Shown here: positions 7,613 to 14,380 of the stretch, in pieces
Position numbering within the stretch: the first letter of the stretch is position 1
Layout: each line of letters begins with the position of its first letter
Virus record (IMG/VR): IMGVR_UViG_3300044262_000043
Span: 1 to 34,693 of that record
DNA length: 34,693 bases
Origin: a virus
Taxonomy: Duplodnaviria; Caudoviricetes
Reading direction: 5' to 3' (one strand)
Made by a program: the position numbers and the translations under genes
Notes under the pieces: generated by a model
The model's input: only the letters and a program-made list of their open reading frames with translations
Told to the model about the DNA's origin: nothing
Databases searched by the model: none

Positions 7613-8122
7613 ATGCTTGCCAGCATGACACCCAAAGCTGGCACGGAAATTGCTGACGCATCAGTCAGTTACGGTACGGCGAAAAACCTTGAGGGATTGA
7701 CGCGCGACCATCGCGGCAGATGGGTGCCAATCGATCCATTGCGGCAGCCAAGGAAGATCGTTGAAAGCTTCCTGCGGCGAGCGACCATGCGCAATGCGCA
7801 AGCCATGGCGCGTGCTTGTGATCGACTGGTGACAAGTGCCGCAGATGGCGCCACGTGGCAGGAGCGGATGGCTGCATTCTCATTGATAGCCGATCGCCTT
7901 GACGGAAAGGCAGTGGCACGCATTGAGAGTGAGAGCGAAGCGCCAAGTGATATGCCGCTGGCGCAACTGGTGGCGATGGTCATGAGCGCACGCAGGGCTG
8001 ATGCTATTGAAGGCGAGCCATCGATAGCTGATGACCATGAGCAATCGCAATCACAATCTGACGCGACTGTCAAGCCCCTAGACGTGAATGCGTCACAAGC
8101 AATTGGCGTGCCAGAAGCCTAG
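7613..8122 (+). CDS. Putative terminase small subunit (start uncertain)
   Basis: RDHRGRW near the N-terminus and IADRLDGKA motif typical of TerS/DUF5681-like proteins. Upstream of TerL. Confidence 0.6.
   Translation: MLASMTPKAGTEIADASVSYGTAKNLEGLTRDHRGRWVPIDPLRQPRKIVESFLRRATMRNAQAMARACDRLVTSAADGATWQERMAAFSLIADRLDGKAVARIESESEAPSDMPLAQLVAMVMSARRADAIEGEPSIADDHEQSQSQSDATVKPLDVNASQAIGVPEA
7639..7654 (+). promoter_or_regulatory. Sigma-54 (-24/-12) consensus box
   Basis: TGGCAC-GGAAA-TTGCT, a perfect match. Confidence 0.6.
8098..8113 (-). promoter_or_regulatory. Sigma-54 (-24/-12) consensus box
   Basis: Minus strand TGGCAC-GCCAA-TTGCT, a perfect match. Confidence 0.6.
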
Positions 8123-8131
8123 CGCAATCAC

Positions 8132-8170
8132 GGCATGCGCTCTGGCATGCGCTCTGCACGATCCATGCCA
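8132..8170. promoter_or_regulatory. 12-bp tandem repeat and two near-consensus sigma-54 boxes
   Basis: GGCATGCGCTCT x2 (8132-8155). TGGCAT-GCGCT-CTGCA (+, 8143-8158) and TGGCAT-GGATC-GTGCA (-, 8155-8170). Confidence 0.45.
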
Positions 8171-8178
8171 GCCCCCAT

Positions 8179-8198
8179 GTTAGTGGGCACTCACCCCC
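8179..8198. promoter_or_regulatory. SlmA-box-like copy 4
   Basis: GTTA-GTGGGCACTCAC-CCCC. Confidence 0.5.
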
Positions 8199-8373
8199 TA
8201 CCGTATGGGGGGGATATACCCATGGACCGAGGGGGGGCCGGCGGTGTAAGGGTGGGGCCCCACCCCCCCAATCGCGCATACTGGGGGTCATATGCTGCAG
8301 TGCCGTATATCCTCTTTGATGACGTGGAACGCAGATTGCAATCCTTGATCCACATCAATCAAGGAGGGATGCC

Positions 8374-8562
8374 ATGGGCTTTCGCAAGGATTGGACGACG
8401 TACAGGATGACCGGTGTGCGCAATGCCGGAATGAACGAGCGTACGGTTGTATTTCTGTATGAATCTGAGAAATATTTGCTGCAGAAGGCGGCTGAGGGCA
8501 AAGCAAGTCCAAGGAAGCGCACGATGGATGTGCGATCCCTTGAACTTTTCCCTCTTGAGTGA
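8374..8562 (+). CDS. Small hypothetical protein
   Basis: 62 aa with strong AAGGAGG RBS. Confidence 0.55.
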   Translation: MGFRKDWTTYRMTGVRNAGMNERTVVFLYESEKYLLQKAAEGKASPRKRTMDVRSLELFPLE

Positions 8563-8894
8563 GGGGCTACGATTCGGCAGTCAGCACCGTCGTTGCTAGC
8601 AGCGTTTCCCCATGCTGGTGGGGCGTTCCTTTAGCTGCCACCCACTGCTCGTCTACGCCTAGCACCGCCACACGTCAGAGCGGATTCGGCTTGCCATCCA
8701 AGGCAGTTCGTTGCAGGGGGCTGTCAATCAGGATGGCGCCGGAACAGGCTTCTTTGCGCCCATGCTCCTGTCGGTAAGAACGTCGTGATGGGTCAGCCGG
8801 GACTACAGCACCGTGTGAGGGCATCCGCCCTGCGTGCCTTCCTTCCCGCGCCTGCTTAACCATCTTTCCCCGATAGAACCCGACAGGCTGTCTC

Positions 8895-8980
8895 AAAAAG
8901 GTGGCCTACTCGCTGCATGCTGGTTACGAAGCTAGGGGGCAGTCACCAGCACATCCGCTTTCGGCCATGAGAGGAGACAA
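8895..8980 (-). ncRNA. Candidate structured small RNA with loop-E (AGUA/GAA) motif
   Basis: UGGCC-GAA-AGCGGAU-GUGCUGGUGAC...GUAACCAGCAU-GCAGCG-AGUA-GGCCA then CCUUUUU. Extended -10 TGCTATGGT at 8985-8993. Confidence 0.5.
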
Positions 8981-9069
8981 CTCAACCATAGCACCTTGGC
9001 GCCCTAATCGTTGATCTGGAAGCCCGTTTCGATTCCTCTCAACCGGGTCTTCCGCTGGCGCTCAAGGAT

Positions 9070-9399
9070 TCAGCCCTTGTCAACCGGGGTGCCCAGCACC
9101 AGCCGCATCACGCTTGCAACTGACCCGCTGGTCACATTGACGTCATCGCTGACGCCGGTGATGGCCTGCACGCCTGAGCCCAGATCGGCATCCGCCGTGA
9201 CGGTGATGCGCGCCACGCCCGGCGCCACCGTGTCCACCACGGCACTCATGCCATCGGCCGCCGGGGTGACGGTCAATACGGTCTCGTCGGACGAGGCCCA
9301 CGCCGGCACGCCATCGACGACCGCTGGACGGCCCTTGGCGTCTTCGATCTGCAGCACTACGTTGTCGAACTTCTGGTCGGTGGTGATGTTCTCTGCCAT
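9070..9399 (-). CDS. Ig-like (Big_2-type) single-domain protein
   Basis: WASSDETVLTV...VAPGVARITVTAD motif of bacterial Ig-like domains. Confidence 0.75.
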   Translation of the reverse strand: MAENITTDQKFDNVVLQIEDAKGRPAVVDGVPAWASSDETVLTVTPAADGMSAVVDTVAPGVARITVTADADLGSGVQAITGVSDDVNVTSGSVASVMRLVLGTPVDKG

Positions 9400-9411
9400 G
9401 TCGATCCCTTC

Positions 9412-9816
9412 CTATTTGCCCGCTACGGGCTTGTCAGTCGGTGTCCCCAGTGAAATGCTGACTTTCGCGGCCGGGGGAATCGCCACGAAACCTGCCGCAG
9501 CGGCGTCATCGGCCGCGCCTTCCTCTGCAAGCTCTTCCATCAGCACGACCGACAGTTCCATCGGCGGAATCGCCGGAAAACCGTCGTCGTTCTCAAGGAT
9601 TTCCATCGCGCCATCGGCCGCAAACTGCGCATTGCGCGCCGCAACCAGCTTGGCATGCCGATCCAGCAGGAATTCGAGCCGAATCTGGTAGGCCGCCTTC
9701 AAATCGGGCGAGATTTCGTCATTCAAACGGTGCCGGCAGCCGCGAATCTGCGGTTCGACCGCATCCAGACCGTTGCTGAAGGCTAAAAACCGCTCGGAAA
9801 CCGAATCGATGGCCAT
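9412..9816 (-). CDS. Hypothetical helical protein with C-terminal LGTPxDK strand
   Basis: 134 aa, GAGGGA RBS, co-oriented with the Ig gene. Confidence 0.7.
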   Translation of the reverse strand: MAIDSVSERFLAFSNGLDAVEPQIRGCRHRLNDEISPDLKAAYQIRLEFLLDRHAKLVAARNAQFAADGAMEILENDDGFPAIPPMELSVVLMEELAEEGAADDAAAAGFVAIPPAAKVSISLGTPTDKPVAGK

Positions 9817-9891
9817 AGTTCCCTCTCCCCGTTGGACGCGCCGGGCGGCGCATCGGTTATTCTAGCGGCCTGCACCAGCGAAAGGGGCGCT

Positions 9892-11346
9892 ATGGCCACT
9901 CCAAAAGTCGATCTGCGGCGATTGGAGGACGAATTACTCGCCCGCGTCGCAGCAAGAGAGAATTTTGCCGACTGGATCAAGTATCGCGGCATCCATACGC
10001 CGGCAAAACACCACGACTTGATCATTCGTGAGTTGCAGGCGCTGGAACGTGGTGATATCCGTCGCCTGATGCTGCTGTTCCCGCCCGGTAGTGCCAAATC
10101 CACCTATGCCAGCATGGAGTTCCCGCCGTGGTACATCGGCCGCAACCACGGCAAGTCGATCATCAGCGCCAGCCACACCGACACGCTAGCTGAAAAATTC
10201 GGGCGCCGTGCCCGCAACGTGGTGGCCGATCCGAAGTTCAAGCTGGTTTTCGAGGACGAACTATCCCCTGATCAGACTGCCGCCGGGCAGTGGGAGACCC
10301 TACGCAAATCAGAGTACTACGCCGCCGGCGTCGGTGGGGCCATCACAGGAAGGCGAGCCGACCTTGGGCTGATCGACGATCCGGTCAAGTCCAAGGAAGC
10401 CGCCGAGAGCGAGCGCGAGCGCCAGAAGGCGTGGGACTGGTATGAAAACGACTTTGAGACCCGCCTGAAGCCCGATGCGCGCCAAGTGCTGATCATGACG
10501 CGCTGGCACGAAGACGATCTGGGCGGCCGCATCCTGCAGCGCGATGGCGACCTGTGGCGCGTGATCCGCGTGCCGATGGAATGCGACAGCGGCGACGATC
10601 CGCTGGGCCGCGCGCTCGGTGAGCGCCTCTGGCCCGAGTGGTTTACCGACGAAATGGTGGCGCAGGCCAAGAAGAACCCGCGCGTCTGGAACTCGCTCTA
10701 TCAGGGCAACCCGATCCCCGAGGACGGCAACTTCTTCAAGAAGGACTGGTTCATCGAATACAAGCCCGAGGACCTGCCCACAACGCTCTACTACTACATG
10801 GCGTCCGACTGCGCCGTGACGGACGCCAAGGACGGCAAAGACCCCGACTTCACCGAGGTTTGCGTCTACGGGGTCGATTTCGAGGGCGATATCTGGATCG
10901 TGGACTGGTACTACGGCCGGGTTGAAAGTGATGTCTGGATCGACAAGTGGTGCGATTTCATCCTGCAGTACCACCCGCTCACCGTCTTTGCCGAAACCGG
11001 CCAGATTCGCCGCGCCACTGAGCCGGCGCTGAAAAAGCGCATGGAGCAGCGCAAAGCCTACTGCCATGTCGAGTACCTGCCGACGATCCACAACAAGGCC
11101 GTGGCGGCGACCGGCGCCAAAGGCATGGCGAGCGCCGGCAAGTTCAAGATTCCCAAATTCAAGCCGTGGATGTCGCACGTTATGGCCCAATGGCTGCAGT
11201 TCCCTGCTGGTAGACACGACGACGCAGTTGATGTACTGTCGCTGATAGCCCGAGGACTGGACTTCACCATGTCAGCCGGGCAGCCCCGCAAACAAGCAAG
11301 TCACAGAATGTCCGGCCGAAGCTCGGATTCGGCGTGGATGGGGTAG
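9892..11346 (+). CDS. terL: Terminase large subunit
   Basis: Walker A FPPGSAKST, Walker B GLIDDP, coupling motif MTRW, nuclease FP..RHDDAVD. Start set to ATG 9892 with AGGGG RBS. Confidence 0.96.
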   Translation: MATPKVDLRRLEDELLARVAARENFADWIKYRGIHTPAKHHDLIIRELQALERGDIRRLMLLFPPGSAKSTYASMEFPPWYIGRNHGKSIISASHTDTLAEKFGRRARNVVADPKFKLVFEDELSPDQTAAGQWETLRKSEYYAAGVGGAITGRRADLGLIDDPVKSKEAAESERERQKAWDWYENDFETRLKPDARQVLIMTRWHEDDLGGRILQRDGDLWRVIRVPMECDSGDDPLGRALGERLWPEWFTDEMVAQAKKNPRVWNSLYQGNPIPEDGNFFKKDWFIEYKPEDLPTTLYYYMASDCAVTDAKDGKDPDFTEVCVYGVDFEGDIWIVDWYYGRVESDVWIDKWCDFILQYHPLTVFAETGQIRRATEPALKKRMEQRKAYCHVEYLPTIHNKAVAATGAKGMASAGKFKIPKFKPWMSHVMAQWLQFPAGRHDDAVDVLSLIARGLDFTMSAGQPRKQASHRMSGRSSDSAWMG

Positions 11347-11352
11347 GGGAAG

Positions 11353-11529
11353 ATGCGGCATTCCGTCGAAGTGATGACGTGCGACGCAGTGAACTATTTG
11401 CGCGTCGAAGATGTGATCGCCATGCTGGAAGCGACGGCTGACGACCAGAAGCAGATCATTTTCAACCTGCGACGGATGAATCTGGTCGATGTGAACACCA
11501 CGCTGCCCTTCTCCGTGAGCCTGCACTGA
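11353..11529 (+). CDS. Small hypothetical protein (58 aa, not in ORF track)
   Basis: MRHSVEVMTCDAVNYLRVEDVIAMLEATADDQKQIIFNLRRMNLVDVNTTLPFSVSLH fills the TerL-portal gap and has a TGATG overlap with the portal. Confidence 0.7.
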   Translation: MRHSVEVMTCDAVNYLRVEDVIAMLEATADDQKQIIFNLRRMNLVDVNTTLPFSVSLH

Positions 11530-13688
11530 TGGCCGACAAGGACGTTCTAGACGAGGCTTTCGAGCAGTTCTCCATTTCCCAAGAAGGCGACGACCACAAC
11601 CGTCAGGCGGCCAAGGAAGACATTGCCTTCGCGCGGCTGGGCGAGCAGTGGCCGGACAAAATCCGCGAAGACCGGGTGCGCGAGAGCCGCCCGATGCTGA
11701 CCATCAACCGCATGCCGTCGTTCGCGCGGCAGGTGGTCAATGACGCCCGACTGAACAAGCCGACGATCTCAGTGCGCCCCGCCACCGGCGGCGCCAACGT
11801 GCTGACCGCCAATCTGTTCGATGGGCTGATCCGGCAAATCCAGAACCAGTCATCTGCCGGCATTGCGTACGACACCGGAATGGAGTCAGCCGTCTATGGC
11901 GGCTTTGGCTACTGGCGCGTGGACGTCGATTACGCCTACAACGACAGTTTCGACCTCGACATCATGATCCTGCCGGTCGAAAACGCCCTGTCGGTGTATG
12001 GCGATACGCTGGCCGGCGGCGCCGACAGCCGCGACTGGAACTTTGCCTTCCTGATCGACGACATGCCGCGCACTACGTTTGAGCGGCTCTATCCGGGCTC
12101 GGACATCAGCGACTTCGATACCAACGACAGCAAGATGGTCGGCTGGATCACCGAAAAGACGGTGCGCGTGGGCGAATGGTGGAAGCGCGAGCCGGTCAAG
12201 AAGATCATCGTCAAGCTGAGCAACAACCAAGTGATCGACCAGACGGTCTACTTGGCCAACAAGCCGGTGTGGGACGTGCAGAACGTCACGGTGACCGGGG
12301 AGCGCGAAACCAAGTCGCACAAGGTGACGCACCGGCTGATGACCGCTACCGACGTGCTGGAAACCAACCCGTGGAAGGGTTGCTACATCCCGATCATCCC
12401 GGTCTATGGCGACGTCATCAACGAAGAGGGCAAGCGCCACTACCGCAGCCTGATCCGCGACGCCAAAGACCCGCAACGCATGTTCAACTTCTGGCGCACC
12501 GCCGCCACCGAACTGGTGGCCTTGGCGCCGCGCGTGCCCTACATCGGCGCGCGGGGATCGTTCAACACCGACGCCGAGAAGTGGGCCAACGTCAACCGGC
12601 ACTCGTACTCGCACATCGAATATGACCCGGTGCCGGGCATGCCGCCGCCGCAGCGCCAGCAACTGGACGGTGGCGTGGCCGCCGGCGCGCTGCAGGAAGC
12701 CATGAACGCTTCCGACGACATGAAGTCGGTGATGGGCCTCTTCGACGCCAGCTTGGGCGCCAAGAGCAACGAGACCAGCGGCCGCGCCATCATGGCCCGG
12801 CAGCGCGAAGGCGACGTCAGTACCTTCCACTTCATCGACAACCGCGACCGTGCCATCGAACACACCGGGCGCATTCTGGTGGACCTGATCCCGCACATCT
12901 ACACCGGCGAGCGCGTGGTGACGGTGCTGTCGGAAGACCTGAAGGAATCGCAGGTGCCGCTCAATCAGGAAATCCCGATTGGGCCGAACCCGAACAACCC
13001 GGCCGAGACCATTTCGCACGTCTTCGACCTGACCGCCGGCAAGTACAGCTTGGTCATGAAGAAGGGCCTGTCCTACACGTCCAAGCGTGAGGAAGCAGCC
13101 GCGCAGATGATCGAATTCGCCAAGGTGACTGGCAGCGGCCAGCTATTCGGTGACGTGATCGCCAAGAACATGGACTGGCCGGGAGCCGACATCATCGAAC
13201 AGCGCATCCTCGCGTCGTTGCCGCCGCAGATCACCGGCAAGGGACCGACCCAGAAAGAGCAGGAAATGGAAGCGATCCTGAAGCAGATGCAGGCTGCGCT
13301 GGAACAGTTGCAGCAGGGCATCGCCATGAAGGATCAGGAAATCGCGCAGTTGAAGGCCGACAAGGAAGTGGCGCTGCGTGAGCTTGACGTGAAGGAAAAG
13401 GAAATCAACGTCAAGGAAAAGGAAGTGCTGGTCAAGGACAAGCAGGCCGACAACCAGTTGATCGCCGCTGTCAAGGAAGAAGAGGACAGCGCTAACGAAG
13501 CCGCCAGCGGTGGCGGCAAGAACACGGATGCCGCGCTCTCGATGCTGCAGAACCAGATCGGCCAGATCATGCAGGCCGTATCGCAGCCGAAGCGCAAGGA
13601 AGGACGCGCCATCAAGCAACCAGACGGAACATGGAAGCTTACGGCCGTGGAAGTGCCTGCGATGGGGTCGCAGGAAAACGCAGCCTAG
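11529..13688 (+). CDS. P22-like portal protein
   Basis: G.QWP, RPMLTINR, GFGYWRV, IPIIPVYG, AKDPQRMFN, SNETSGRAI.ARQ motifs and a long C-terminal coiled-coil barrel. Confidence 0.95.
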   Translation: MADKDVLDEAFEQFSISQEGDDHNRQAAKEDIAFARLGEQWPDKIREDRVRESRPMLTINRMPSFARQVVNDARLNKPTISVRPATGGANVLTANLFDGLIRQIQNQSSAGIAYDTGMESAVYGGFGYWRVDVDYAYNDSFDLDIMILPVENALSVYGDTLAGGADSRDWNFAFLIDDMPRTTFERLYPGSDISDFDTNDSKMVGWITEKTVRVGEWWKREPVKKIIVKLSNNQVIDQTVYLANKPVWDVQNVTVTGERETKSHKVTHRLMTATDVLETNPWKGCYIPIIPVYGDVINEEGKRHYRSLIRDAKDPQRMFNFWRTAATELVALAPRVPYIGARGSFNTDAEKWANVNRHSYSHIEYDPVPGMPPPQRQQLDGGVAAGALQEAMNASDDMKSVMGLFDASLGAKSNETSGRAIMARQREGDVSTFHFIDNRDRAIEHTGRILVDLIPHIYTGERVVTVLSEDLKESQVPLNQEIPIGPNPNNPAETISHVFDLTAGKYSLVMKKGLSYTSKREEAAAQMIEFAKVTGSGQLFGDVIAKNMDWPGADIIEQRILASLPPQITGKGPTQKEQEMEAILKQMQAALEQLQQGIAMKDQEIAQLKADKEVALRELDVKEKEINVKEKEVLVKDKQADNQLIAAVKEEEDSANEAASGGGKNTDAALSMLQNQIGQIMQAVSQPKRKEGRAIKQPDGTWKLTAVEVPAMGSQENAA

Positions 13689-13697
13689 GGGGAAGTC

Positions 13698-13904
13698 ATG
13701 GAGCAGGAGCCGCTAATCTTCACGTCAAAAGGCAACGTCCCAATCGCCACCTTGACCTACGAGCATAGCTGGAACTTCAGCAACGAAGCTGTCACGTTCA
13801 CCGAAGTGTGGCGTGACGAAACGGGTGCGATTGTGAAGAACAATACGCACATGTACGCAATCAAGGGGATGCCGCCAATCGGCGGTCAGCAATTCACTGC
13901 CTAG
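13698..13904 (+). CDS. Small virion-associated beta protein (fibre island)
   Basis: 68 aa, GGGGGA RBS, C-terminal IKGMPPIGGQQ resembles the island repeat. Confidence 0.7.
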   Translation: MEQEPLIFTSKGNVPIATLTYEHSWNFSNEAVTFTEVWRDETGAIVKNNTHMYAIKGMPPIGGQQFTA

Positions 13905-13919
13905 TGGCGGAGGGATCAA

Positions 13920-14375
13920 GTGGCTAACAGTCAAGCAATCTGCACCAGCTTCAAAGTCGAACTGCTGAAGGGCATCCATGCCCTCGGCACGACCGTCGTG
14001 CGCGGAGCGACCACCAAGGACACCATCAAGGCGGCGCTGTTCCTCGCGTCGGCCTCGCGTGGTGCTGGCGATACGGTCTACAACACGACCGGCGAAGTGA
14101 GCGGCACCAACTACACCGCTGGCGGCGTCACCGTCACCAACGGCACGGAGCCGACCAGCACCAGCACGACAGCGCACTGGACGCCGAGCGCGTCGATTTC
14201 GTACACCACGGTGACGCTTTCCACGTCCTTTGATGCGGTGCTGCTCTACAACAGCACGCAGGGCGACAAGGCCATCGCGGTCTACACCTTCGGCGCACAG
14301 ACGATCACGGCTGGCACGTTCACGCTGACGATGCCGACCAATGACAATGTGACCGGACTGCTGCGACTGGCCTGA
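13920..14375 (+). CDS. Small Thr-rich beta-sandwich virion structural protein (putative repeating fibre subunit)
   Basis: SFKVELL...IKAAL...EVSGTNYTAGG...LLYN...FG...TAGTFTL pattern widespread in uncultured phages. GGAGG RBS, strongly biased codons. Confidence 0.7.
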   Translation: MANSQAICTSFKVELLKGIHALGTTVVRGATTKDTIKAALFLASASRGAGDTVYNTTGEVSGTNYTAGGVTVTNGTEPTSTSTTAHWTPSASISYTTVTLSTSFDAVLLYNSTQGDKAIAVYTFGAQTITAGTFTLTMPTNDNVTGLLRLA

Positions 14376-14380
14376 TGTAA

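Noticed and set aside
8563-8990. Possible tRNA or tmRNA
   Set aside because: No T-loop GTTCRA with a cloverleaf and acceptor stem found on either strand.
9011-9691. 226-aa Ser/Thr/Ala-rich plus-strand ORF
   Set aside because: Antisense to two better-supported genes with RBSs and an Ig motif.
13320-13445. VKEKE heptad repeats in the portal
   Set aside because: Consistent with the ordinary coiled-coil barrel of P22-like portals.
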